Counted from the stretch's first letter, positions 9,200 to 18,069 are shown. The stretch is DNA of 37,068 nucleotides from Promethearchaeota archaeon (GCA_004524535.1 SDNY01000027.1:1-37068), one strand, 5' to 3'. The notes: a model not told the origin generated them from the letters alone. Made by a program: numbers and translations.

Positions 9200-9843
9200 T
9201 GAAATTAAAAAATATAATTTTTATTAAATAATTTTTTTTAAAAAAAGTTCCTTTTTAATAGTAAATCTAAAGTTCATATTTTCTTTCTTATTGATATATG
9301 TCAAAAACAAAACCTATGATAAGGAAAAATAAACCATCAGATGTAGAATTCGCAAGAATTGGTTTGAGAATTCTCGCTTGGATAATTGATATTGTATTTA
9401 TTTACATAATTGCTTGGGTCCTTCTATTTTTATCCTTTTGGAGTATAGAGATTCCTTTTTTTATCATTTTAAATACTCTTGCTTATTTAATAGGTTTATT
9501 TTATTTTTGTTTGTTAGAATCAATAAATGGTCAAACATTAGGTAAATTACTTTTAGGATTAAAAACAGTGGATGAGGATACATTTGAAGTATCTTCTTTT
9601 ACTGAAAATCTAAAAAATTGTATTCTTAAATGCCATTGGTTTCCTTGCATAATAGACTTAATTATTGGTATATTCAAAAATTCTGAGGATATGAAGAAAA
9701 AATTGCGAATCATGCAAAATTTCTCTAATACTTGCGTGATTCGAACTTAGTAAAATTAAAAAAATCTAATTATTATTAAATAATTTTTTATTAAAAAGTT
9801 CCTTATAGATACTAATATCTAAAGTTCATATTTTTTTTTTATT
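9151..9843 (+). repeat. Imperfect ~140-bp direct repeat (about 9151-9292 and 9702-9843) covering RDD gene 3' ends and downstream spacers
   Basis: Both copies read cgaatcatgcaaaat(c/t)tctctaatacttgcgtgattcg(g/a)acttagt(g/a)aaattaaaaaa...aaaaagttcctt...atctaaagttcatatttt. Confidence 0.85.
9298..9750 (+). CDS. RDD family membrane protein (no zinc ribbon)
   Basis: FARIGLRILAWIID, GQTLGKLLLGLKTVD, RIMQNFSNTCVI. Confidence 0.85.
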   Translation: MSKTKPMIRKNKPSDVEFARIGLRILAWIIDIVFIYIIAWVLLFLSFWSIEIPFFIILNTLAYLIGLFYFCLLESINGQTLGKLLLGLKTVDEDTFEVSSFTENLKNCILKCHWFPCIIDLIIGIFKNSEDMKKKLRIMQNFSNTCVIRT

Positions 9844-9857
9844 AAAGGTAAATAAAA

Positions 9858-10427
9858 ATGTCATTGAAAATTTGTGAAAAATGTGGTGCTGAAATTGGAA
9901 AGGATGAAGAATTTTGTCCATCCTGTGGCACAGATTTAAAAGATAGAAAACAAATGAATATGTCAAACACAAAACCTGAGATGAAGGAAAATAAACCATC
10001 AGAAGTAGAATTCGCAGATCTTGGTTGGAGGTTTCTAGCTTGGATAATTGATTTTTTGGTTATTTCTGCGATATATCTTTTTTTACTTATACCTTATTAC
10101 TTATGGAGAATAATTCTTCGTTATTGGTTCGTCATTGGCGTCAGTTATTACCTTATTTGGTATTTAATATGTTTATTATATTTTTTGATTTTAGAATCAA
10201 TTCTTGGTCAAACATTAGGTAAATTACTTTTAGGATTAAAGACAGTGGATGAAGAAACATTTGAAAAACCTTCTTTTATTCAAAATCTAAAAAATTGTTG
10301 TCTTAAATGCTGGTTTACTTGTTTGATTGATTTTATCATTGGAGTAAAAAAAAATTCTGATGATCCCCAAAAAAGGAAAAGAATTATGCAAAATGTATCC
10401 CATACAGTAGTTATTAAAATAACATAG
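9858..10427 (+). CDS. Zinc-ribbon + RDD family membrane protein
   Basis: CEKCG...FCPSCG; FADLGWRFLAWIID, GQTLGKLLLGLKTVD. Confidence 0.85.
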   Translation: MSLKICEKCGAEIGKDEEFCPSCGTDLKDRKQMNMSNTKPEMKENKPSEVEFADLGWRFLAWIIDFLVISAIYLFLLIPYYLWRIILRYWFVIGVSYYLIWYLICLLYFLILESILGQTLGKLLLGLKTVDEETFEKPSFIQNLKNCCLKCWFTCLIDFIIGVKKNSDDPQKRKRIMQNVSHTVVIKIT

Positions 10428-10567
10428 AAAATAAATCCATGTATCTATTTAATATAAATTACTTTTTTTTTAGTATCTAAACATTTTTTAATTAGTATTT
10501 ATATACAATTGCTTAGAGAATATTAATATTATATATTTACTGAAATGAGGTTTTAAACATAGAAAAT

Positions 10568-10774
10568 TTGGAATATCAAGATTTAGAGTGGGCCAATGAT
10601 TGGAAAACCATAGTTAAAATTTTTGATACTATAGATAAATTAAAAGGTCTTTTTGGAAAATTAGATGTTTCATATCTCCGCACCATTGAACAAAAGGTCT
10701 TAATTTTAAATTTAGAAAAATATGCTTGTTCTCTGCAGAATTACATCATTGAGAAGTATTCAAAAGAATATTAA
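10568..10774 (+). CDS. Small hypothetical alpha-helical protein
   Basis: 68 aa, TTG start with GAGGT upstream, protein-like composition, fills an otherwise empty gap. Confidence 0.6.
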   Translation: MEYQDLEWANDWKTIVKIFDTIDKLKGLFGKLDVSYLRTIEQKVLILNLEKYACSLQNYIIEKYSKEY

Positions 10775-10788
10775 ATATCACCATTATC

Positions 10789-10920
10789 CTACAATCTAAA
10801 CTTTAGATCTTCAATATATCCGTTAACATCTAATATTTATAAAGCATCAATTTGCTCTAAAATTAGTAGAGTCTCTTGGACATAATTCAATGCTTCTTCT
10901 AATTCGCCATTAATATCCAA
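10789..10920 (-). pseudogene. TPR-like gene remnant
   Basis: Hand translation LDINGELEEALNYVQETLLILEQIDAL*ILDVNGYIEDLKFRL* resembles a terminal TPR unit (G-x-x-EEAL-x-Y) with an internal stop. Confidence 0.45.
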
Positions 10921-10928
10921 TTATGTTC

Positions 10929-11639
10929 CTATTTTGATTCGTTTTTTAATTGATTCCTACCTAAAATTTTTGAGAAATCTATCCGAATTAAGAGATATGC
11001 TGAGATTAATATAACATATAATGTCACAATACTTAGAATCCAGCTTTCCCCTCCGAGTAAACTGCAGATATTTAATAAATTATATGCGAAAATTAACATC
11101 ATACAAAATTTTCCTAACCAACAAAACAAAACTGTTTTCTTCGGAGAATATTTAATTAATCCTAAAGGGACCATCAATATATCATCTGACAAGGGGGTTA
11201 AACCAAATAAAAAAATAAGAAGAGGTGCGATTTTTGGATGATTTACTAAATATTGCTCTAATTTTTTTAAATTTTTTGTTCTTTCTTCTGAAATAATTTC
11301 AGCAGAACCTCTTCCAACTATATATCCAATTAATTCCCCTATTAAACATCCAAAGCTTCCAATAAAAGCCACTAATAAAGGGATGAATAGATTGACCATG
11401 AACGGTTGAGAACTATAACACACCACCCATGTGTATGGAGTAGGAATAGGCAGAAGATTTCCTATTACACAGACCCAGAAGGTTATTATGAGCCCCGTAC
11501 CTAAATTTTGAAACGGTTCGTATTTAGAAATGTTTTCTATGGCTTCTTGATGAGCTTTATTAAAAAGAAGATCAACTGAAATAACCGTCAGAATTGCGAT
11601 TATAACAATAAATGTGGCATCTATTTTTTTTAATTTCAA
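10929..11639 (-). CDS. DedA/VTT (SNARE-associated) family membrane protein
   Basis: GNLLPIPTPY, GCLIGELIGYIVGR, LIFLFGLTPLSDDILMVPLGLIKY, CWLGK. Confidence 0.88.
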   Translation of the reverse strand: MKLKKIDATFIVIIAILTVISVDLLFNKAHQEAIENISKYEPFQNLGTGLIITFWVCVIGNLLPIPTPYTWVVCYSSQPFMVNLFIPLLVAFIGSFGCLIGELIGYIVGRGSAEIISEERTKNLKKLEQYLVNHPKIAPLLIFLFGLTPLSDDILMVPLGLIKYSPKKTVLFCWLGKFCMMLIFAYNLLNICSLLGGESWILSIVTLYVILISAYLLIRIDFSKILGRNQLKNESK

Positions 11640-11711
11640 GATAATTAACCATTATTATTATAATAATTTAAATTAAATACAATTTTAATTGAGATGCAAT
11701 TTTAATTAAGG

Positions 11712-11855
11712 CTATGAAAAATAAAAATAACCCATTAAAAGACTTAATATTATAAGAATTAATAGGAAGATACTCCAACATTGTCTGGATTTATCTCTTT
11801 TTTTTTTAACAGCCCTAGTGGATTGACGTGGGTGTTTTCGTTTCACATGGCTCAT
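11712..11855 (-). CDS. Unannotated 47-aa basic, tail-anchored membrane microprotein
   Basis: Hand translation MSHVKRKHPRQSTRAVKKKRDKSRQCWSIFLLILIILSLLMGYFYFS*. ATG lies 3 nt after the stop of the upstream gelsolin gene. Single C-terminal hydrophobic helix. Confidence 0.7.
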   Translation of the reverse strand: MSHVKRKHPRQSTRAVKKKRDKSRQCWSIFLLILIILSLLMGYFYFS

Positions 11856-11858
11856 GTT

Positions 11859-12623
11859 TTACTCTTCTGAATTTTTTTCATCATTTTTTTTTGACTTTTC
11901 TTTTACAGAACTATTCTGTTTGTCTGTCTTTTCAAGCAGTTCTGTCAATACAACATTATTGTAAGAAAATAGCATTCTGGCAACATAATTTTCTGCCAAA
12001 TAAGGTCCATCAGGGACTTGTTCTTGTAATGGAAAAATCTTTTTTTCTTTTATTATTGATCCTAAATAATTTCTTTCATATTCACGGTATCCGAACAATT
12101 GATTTTTAACTATGACCATTTTCCTTTCGTAACCTTCTGGAATTCCTGTTTTTTCAAGCAGTAAAATAATTTTTTCTCTAGATAATTCCTCAAGTAATTC
12201 TAAGTCTTCTACTGTTCCAGCATATGCGGGGCCCACTTTTTTTTCTTTTTCCAAATCTCTTTCTTTAATTATTCCAACTCTTACTTTAAACCCCTTCATT
12301 TCATTCCCTTCATCAACAGCTGTTATTTTATATCCAATTCCATATTTATCTCTAATTTTAGGCGAGATCTTAGCTGCGATAAATTTCATCCGTGTGGTTG
12401 TGTTGCTTCCATGCCATAACCATACCCTAAAAAATTTATGGTCCACAAATAATAATATAAAATCGGGATCTAGCAATTCTTCTAAGGCAACACCTTCTTC
12501 GACTTCCAATTCTTCAAATTCTCCTAATTGATCGTTGAATTGAAAAACAATAAGTTTCTCTTCCTCTTTATCAGGAATTTCACCTTTTTTTAAAGTTTCA
12601 AATAGTTCTTTATCGTCTGTCAT
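11859..12623 (-). CDS. Gelsolin-domain protein with C-terminal extension (Asgard 1DGelX-like actin regulator)
   Basis: FILLFVD..RVWLWHGSNTTTRMKFIAA...ITAVDEGNE..F gelsolin pattern, followed by IPEGYERKMVIV...PDGPYLAENYVARML, which resembles the Asgard 'X' domain. Confidence 0.8.
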   Translation of the reverse strand: MTDDKELFETLKKGEIPDKEEEKLIVFQFNDQLGEFEELEVEEGVALEELLDPDFILLFVDHKFFRVWLWHGSNTTTRMKFIAAKISPKIRDKYGIGYKITAVDEGNEMKGFKVRVGIIKERDLEKEKKVGPAYAGTVEDLELLEELSREKIILLLEKTGIPEGYERKMVIVKNQLFGYREYERNYLGSIIKEKKIFPLQEQVPDGPYLAENYVARMLFSYNNVVLTELLEKTDKQNSSVKEKSKKNDEKNSEE

Positions 12624-12668
12624 AATCTTGTTTTATTATAATTTTCAATTTAATTTGGAATTTTATTA

Positions 12669-13004
12669 TTATGCCAATCCAGCGCATTTTTTGAAATCTA
12701 AAGGTTCTTCTCCGTCGTCAACTGAAATGATGGTATAATCAATTCCGTATCTATCCCTTATTGTAGGTGCTAATTGTGCAGCAAGAAATTTCATTCTTGT
12801 TGTTGCCCCTCTACCCTTCCATATCCAAACTGCTTTATGCTTTGGATCGACAAAAAAAAGTACTAAATCATGATATAGTAATTCGGAAAAGAGAGTTGAT
12901 TTAGTCATATCAATTTCATCAAATTTTTCTAATATTGCATTTAATTGAAATACTAAAATGTTTTCTTTTTTTTCATTTTCAATGATTTGATGTTCGTTTG
13001 TCAT
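12669..13004 (-). CDS. Single-domain gelsolin-like protein
   Basis: LVLFFVDPKHKAVWIWKGRGATTRMKFLAA...IISVDDGEEPLDF. Clear paralog of the N-terminal half of 11859..12623. Confidence 0.82.
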   Translation of the reverse strand: MTNEHQIIENEKKENILVFQLNAILEKFDEIDMTKSTLFSELLYHDLVLFFVDPKHKAVWIWKGRGATTRMKFLAAQLAPTIRDRYGIDYTIISVDDGEEPLDFKKCAGLA

Positions 13005-13088
13005 ATTATTGGTTAAAAATTGATGTTAATAATATAATAGTAGTTAGTTTTAATTATATATTTTTTTTACTCTTTAAAACAAAATAAG

Positions 13089-13172
13089 TGCGGGAAGGGA
13101 GATTTGAACTCCCGAACTCCTACGAGACTGGATTCTGAGTCCAGCGCCTTTACCAAACTTGGCAATTCCCGC
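13089..13172 (-). tRNA. tRNA-Leu (anticodon CAG), intronless, CCA not encoded
   Basis: GCGGGAA/TTCCCGC acceptor stem with discriminator A, D-arm GCCAAGTTTGGTAAAGGC, anticodon arm CTGGA-CTCAGAA-TCCAG, long variable arm CTCGTAGGAG, T-arm GGGAG-TTCAAAT-CTCCC. Confidence 0.96.
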
Positions 13173-13324
13173 TTATACACTCTCTCACTTAGTAATTTTA
13201 ATTAATTTTCAAATAAAGATGGACTATATTAAAATGATTTATTGTCAATTTTAAAGTTTAATAATTTATAATCAAATCAGTAAGTACAGATTTAATAAAG
13301 TAAAAACTCTTTATTTCTTTAGAG

Positions 13325-13684
13325 ATGATAGATGAAATTAATAAATGGTTTATTTTAGCAGAAAGAGATTTTATTAGCGCAAAAAAAAATTTCAAAAAGA
13401 GAATTTATTATGTTTCTGCTTTTCTCTGTCAACAATCTATTGAAAAAGCTTTAAAAGCACTTTACATCAAAAAATATCAAAAATTATTAAAAATTCATGA
13501 TTTAGTTAAATTAGCAAAAAAGGTTGGAGCAGATATTAATATTTTAGATATCTGTGCTGAATTAAATCCTATATACATCGAAACGAGATACCCTGATGTC
13601 CCAACATCCTATAATAAAGTGGATCTTAAAAAGTTATTAAAAGATACTGAAAAGGTGTTAATATGGATAAAGACGAACTTATAA
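13325..13684 (+). CDS. HEPN domain protein
   Basis: WFILAERDF, AFLCQQSIEKALKA, IHDLVKL, YIETRYPD. Overlaps the MNT gene. Confidence 0.9.
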   Translation: MIDEINKWFILAERDFISAKKNFKKRIYYVSAFLCQQSIEKALKALYIKKYQKLLKIHDLVKLAKKVGADINILDICAELNPIYIETRYPDVPTSYNKVDLKKLLKDTEKVLIWIKTNL

Positions 13685-13986
13685 TCAAATTGAAAGAGTT
13701 TAAGCAACAGGTTATTAAAAAGTATGGAGTAAAAAAGATTATTTTATTCGGGAGCTATTCCAAAGATAGCGCAAATGAACAAAGTGATGTAGACTTAATT
13801 ATTGTAGGCGATTTTGAAGGTAAAGGAAATCTACACAGGGCACCAATTTTTTATAAAGAATGGCATTTAGTTCAAAATATTGATTTGCCAGTGGATATTA
13901 TTTGTTATACATCAGAGGAATTTGATAAACTTAAAAATCAAATAACTATTGTAAAAGAAGCTATAGAAGAAGGAATGGAAATTTAA
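13663..13986 (+). CDS. Minimal nucleotidyltransferase (MNT)
   Basis: IILFGSYSKD....SDVDLIIV, VDIICYTSEEF. Confidence 0.9.
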   Translation: MDKDELIIKLKEFKQQVIKKYGVKKIILFGSYSKDSANEQSDVDLIIVGDFEGKGNLHRAPIFYKEWHLVQNIDLPVDIICYTSEEFDKLKNQITIVKEAIEEGMEI

Positions 13987-14185
13987 TATTTAAAAAATTT
14001 TTTTTCATATTTTTTTCTTGTAGAAAAATTAATTTTTTTATTTCTAAGATTTTTTTCATATGCTTTAATGTATGAAATTCTCATTCAAAAGCAAAGTTAA
14101 ATAATCAAGATAGAGACCATACAAAAACGTATATTCTATAATAGATTATAATAATATATTATAAATTATTGCTGAGGTTTTAATA

Positions 14186-14440
14186 CTGACAAAAGAAAAA
14201 ACGAAAGTGGTCCATACTGAACTTAAAGAAAATTTATCATCTCGGTTCGAAATAATCAAGTCTGCTATAGGAATCCAAAATGATGCTGAAGTTGTGCGTT
14301 TTTTAATCCAAAACTATTATAGAGAGCATTTGGAAGGAGGAATGAAAATCGCATTAGATGAAATAGAAGAAGATCGAAAAATTATCAAAAAATTTATGCA
14401 AAAATATGGAGACGAGTGGCGCAAACTCGGTGAAGATTAA
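14186..14440 (+). CDS. Putative ribbon-helix-helix antitoxin
   Basis: TKVVHTEL beta-strand plus two helices (NDAEVVRFLI). Stop overlaps the Doc-like start (TAATG). Start may be CTG 14186, 7 nt after GAGGT, rather than GTG 14207. Confidence 0.6.
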   Translation: MTKEKTKVVHTELKENLSSRFEIIKSAIGIQNDAEVVRFLIQNYYREHLEGGMKIALDEIEEDRKIIKKFMQKYGDEWRKLGED

Positions 14441-14823
14441 TGGTCTGGATTCCATCTATGGAGTATGTGGAAATTCTTTTTGCTGATCAGATTAAGGCAG
14501 GAAAACTCATGAATCGAGAAGGTTTAATCTCTACGTTGGATAAGGTTAAGTGGGGTATTCCTTTCCAGAATATTCCAACAATTTGGGATCAAGTATCCAT
14601 TCTTTATCAAGAAATTGTAGAAAATTATTATTATTCAGATGGAAATAGGAGATTAGGTTCTCTTTTAGCTTATATTTTTTTGTATAAAAACAATTATGAG
14701 TTTTCTCCGCCAGGAGGAGAAATTCTAAATTTTACATTGTTAGTTGCTCAAGGATTAAAATCATTTGAAGAAATAAAAAAATGGTTCCAGACAAATTCTA
14801 GTAAAATAAAAAATGAATTTTAA
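14440..14823 (+). CDS. Fic/Doc family protein with degenerate catalytic motif
   Basis: NYYYSDGNRRLG aligns to HxFxDGNKR. Size and layout match Doc-type toxins. Confidence 0.8.
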   Translation: MVWIPSMEYVEILFADQIKAGKLMNREGLISTLDKVKWGIPFQNIPTIWDQVSILYQEIVENYYYSDGNRRLGSLLAYIFLYKNNYEFSPPGGEILNFTLLVAQGLKSFEEIKKWFQTNSSKIKNEF

Positions 14824-14831
14824 TAATTATT

Positions 14832-16976
14832 TCATTTTAATTTCAATCCATTTTTGCAGTGAGGACAGAAGAGAGGTAATTCTTCTTGACAGACTTCTAA
14901 ATCATCGTCATTAAATAATTTTCTCCAGCACACCAAGCTTTCACCTTCCTTTAGCATGTCCCTACCATGATGTTGTGGTATGATTTTCTTTGTTTTACAC
15001 GTTTCACATATCAACAATTGTGCTTCACTTTCCAAATTTTCAATCGGTTTTTCTTTAAATTTTGGCTTGTATCTGAATAAAGTCATGCTATTAAACAATA
15101 CGAGGAGAGAAACTCCCATGTCACCAATTCCAACGGCAAGCCATAACGTCATTAATCCGATAACAGTTAGAACAGCAAACGATACCTTAACTATAATTGA
15201 TGTCCATATGTTTTGTTTTATTTTATTGTTGGTTTTTTTAGAGATATCAATGAAAGTTAATATTTTTTTCAAATCATCTCCCATAATAATTACATCAGCG
15301 GTTTCAAGAGTAACATCCGTTGCTGATGCTCCTATTGCTATGCCCAGATCAGAAATTGCTAAGGCTGGAGCATCATTGATTCCATCTCCGACCATCGCCA
15401 CACCCTTATAATGAGCCTTTAAATCTTCAATTTCTTGTAATTTTTGGTCGGGTAAAAGTTCACCATAAGTGTTAGTTATATCTAAACACTCGCCAATTGT
15501 ATTACAGACAGATTGATTGTCACCAGAGATTAAAACCGAATCAAACCCTCGTTTTTTTAAGCCATAAATAAGAAAAGGAGCGGAAATTCTTAACACATCT
15601 CTTATAGTAATAATTCCTAATAACTTCCCATTATTCCCTAATAGGACTGGGATAGTTCCTGTAATCTCTATATTCTCAAGGTCTTCCATTGGCAATTTAT
15701 AATTTAATTCTTCAAAATATCTTTGACTTCCAACAGTGAATAATTCTCCATTAATTTCCCCTTTAATTCCCTTACCTTTTAATATTTCAAAATTGTCAAC
15801 TGTAAGTAAAGGGACCTTAAGATCTTCTGCTTTTTTAATTATAGCTTTCGCAATTGGATGTTCAGATAATAATTCTAAGCTTGCAGCTAGGCTTAGTATA
15901 TCTTCTTGACTGCCTGAATAAGCAAATATCTCAAAAACTCTTAGTTTTCCTTCCGTTAATGTACCTGTTTTGTCAAATGCAAAAACCTTAATTTCATCAA
16001 TCTTTTCAATAAATTTGTTCCCTTTCACTAAGATACCTTCTCGTGCTAATTTCGTGAGTGCTGAGACATTAGCTAATGGTGTTGATAAAGTCAATGCGCA
16101 TGGACATGACACAACCAATAGAATTAATCCGCGATAGAACCAAGTATTAAAATCTAAGCCAAAAAATAAAGAAGGTATTATCATAACCGCTAACGCAGCA
16201 AATAAAATCATAGGAGTGTAATATTTTGCGAATTTTTCGATAAATTTTTCATTCCCGCTTTTATTTTGTTGGGCAATTTTTATACTTTCTGCTATTTGAG
16301 CCACTATTGTGTTTGAACTTTCTCTTAATACTTCAATTTCAATGAAACTATCAGAATTCATGCTAGCAGCAAAGATTTCATCACCCTTTTGTTTAAACAC
16401 GGGAACTGATTCTCCGGTTATTGCACTTTCGTCAAAATAAGATTCTCCCTTAACAATTACACCATCTAAGGGGGCTTTCATTCCTGGTCTAATCCCGATT
16501 ATATCCCCTGTTTTAACTTCCTCGGCAGGTACAGGAGTATATCCTTCATCAGTCTTCAATAATGCATCATTAGGAGTTAATTCAAGCAACTCTTTTATAG
16601 CATTTCTCGATTTCTCGGTTGTTAATTCTTCCAAATGCTCGGCGATCGCATAAAGCAAAATAGCAGTTGCCCCTTCCTGTCCATGTAAAATAAAAAAAGC
16701 TGCCACAGCAGCGAATAACATTAAAATGTTAGCTGTGATTTTTTTATTCACTATGTCATGAAGAGATTCTTTAATAACGCCATAGCTGGAAAATCCAATA
16801 GAGATAATTGCTAATAATTGGCTTAAAAATACTAATTCTGTTGTAAATTCAAGATAAATAGAGATAGCTAAAATAATAGCAGAAGGAATAATGAAAAACC
16901 AAAAAAATCGCTCGAAGAAGCTTTCTTCTTTATCTTCTTCAAATTCAATATCACATATTTCAGAAGAGCAACTAAT
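14832..16976 (-). CDS. P1B-type heavy-metal (Zn/Cd/Pb-type) translocating ATPase
   Basis: TGES, SCPCAL, DKTGTLT, SEHPIA, GDGINDAPAL. The frame stays open 75 codons upstream of the ORF-track GTG, to ATT 16976, adding two TM helices. Confidence 0.92.
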   Translation of the reverse strand: MSCSSEICDIEFEEDKEESFFERFFWFFIIPSAIILAISIYLEFTTELVFLSQLLAIISIGFSSYGVIKESLHDIVNKKITANILMLFAAVAAFFILHGQEGATAILLYAIAEHLEELTTEKSRNAIKELLELTPNDALLKTDEGYTPVPAEEVKTGDIIGIRPGMKAPLDGVIVKGESYFDESAITGESVPVFKQKGDEIFAASMNSDSFIEIEVLRESSNTIVAQIAESIKIAQQNKSGNEKFIEKFAKYYTPMILFAALAVMIIPSLFFGLDFNTWFYRGLILLVVSCPCALTLSTPLANVSALTKLAREGILVKGNKFIEKIDEIKVFAFDKTGTLTEGKLRVFEIFAYSGSQEDILSLAASLELLSEHPIAKAIIKKAEDLKVPLLTVDNFEILKGKGIKGEINGELFTVGSQRYFEELNYKLPMEDLENIEITGTIPVLLGNNGKLLGIITIRDVLRISAPFLIYGLKKRGFDSVLISGDNQSVCNTIGECLDITNTYGELLPDQKLQEIEDLKAHYKGVAMVGDGINDAPALAISDLGIAIGASATDVTLETADVIIMGDDLKKILTFIDISKKTNNKIKQNIWTSIIVKVSFAVLTVIGLMTLWLAVGIGDMGVSLLVLFNSMTLFRYKPKFKEKPIENLESEAQLLICETCKTKKIIPQHHGRDMLKEGESLVCWRKLFNDDDLEVCQEELPLFCPHCKNGLKLK

Positions 16977-17123
16977 TCAATATCACCAATTAATAAATAC
17001 GAAAGAAATCATAAATAATTGATTTTTATATTGTATAAAAAAACACTACAACAAAATTTCCTTTTAATCGGTTATTATAATTTTCTTTTATGTGTTATAA
17101 AAAGTGTGATCTTGTTGTGGTGA

Positions 17124-17570
17124 TTACTTCTTATTTTGATTTGATAATTGATCTTTAAATTTGGAAAAAATCTGTTTTTTGAAAAGATTGAAATCACTCA
17201 GATTTTCTTGGAGAATCTCATAAATTATTTCATTATTGATTTCCATATATAAATGACCTCTTAGATTACGAAATTTTGTCATTTTAATGAGTTTTTCTTT
17301 TAATTCATCATCAATTATATCTATTTTTGCTAAATCAATAAAGATCTCACTGTATGTTTCAGGCTTTCCATTTTTATTATTTGAGAGAATATGGTTCCCA
17401 ATATCAATACATATATTTATACATGTTTCTAAAGCCCGTTGAGCACTTAAATAAAAGAGATAATTGGAAAGAAAATCATCTTTAGATTTTTTCTTTAATT
17501 CTTCTAAGATTTCAATTAATTCATCTATTTTTTTGAATCTATTCAAAATGATATTAGGATCAATAATCAT
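17124..17570 (-). CDS. HepT-like HEPN ribonuclease toxin (DUF86)
   Basis: RALETCINICIDI, KPETYSEIF, FRNLRGHLY (Rx4HxY). Confidence 0.9.
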   Translation of the reverse strand: MIIDPNIILNRFKKIDELIEILEELKKKSKDDFLSNYLFYLSAQRALETCINICIDIGNHILSNNKNGKPETYSEIFIDLAKIDIIDDELKEKLIKMTKFRNLRGHLYMEINNEIIYEILQENLSDFNLFKKQIFSKFKDQLSNQNKK

Positions 17571-18003
17571 CCTCTAATACCTCTTTTATTGAAATTTCAT
17601 CGTACATATCAAGCATCGGTTTAATTTCTTGATACATATATAATACTTTTAACTCAAATTCATGAGTAATTGTTCTATTCTTTTGAAATATAATTCTACC
17701 ATTCTTTATGACATGAAATAAAAATCGAGGTGTGGTTTTGTTAATTATCCTTAAATCAACATTAATCTTGTAGTTAAAATGACTTTCAATCTTTAGACTT
17801 AAATCAGCAAAATATAAGTGAGGTGGTTTAAAATCTTCTTTTAAAATAATACCAATATCAATATCGCTATATTCTGTTTGAGTCCCTTTAGCATAGGAAC
17901 CATATAAATATGCTATTTGAATTTCTTCATGGTTTTTAAATAAAGTTTCAATAACACGTTCTAATTCTTTTATTTGTACCATTTGGTATTTAATTCTCTT
18001 CAT
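17560..18003 (-). CDS. MntA-like nucleotidyltransferase antitoxin
   Basis: AYLYGSYAKG....SDIDIGI, VDLRII. Overlaps the HepT-like gene. Confidence 0.9.
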   Translation of the reverse strand: MKRIKYQMVQIKELERVIETLFKNHEEIQIAYLYGSYAKGTQTEYSDIDIGIILKEDFKPPHLYFADLSLKIESHFNYKINVDLRIINKTTPRFLFHVIKNGRIIFQKNRTITHEFELKVLYMYQEIKPMLDMYDEISIKEVLEDDY

Positions 18004-18069
18004 ATAATATAAAGAAGAGTCTTACATATTTAAATCCGAGCTGTATGGGAGATATATTGATTTTTTTTC

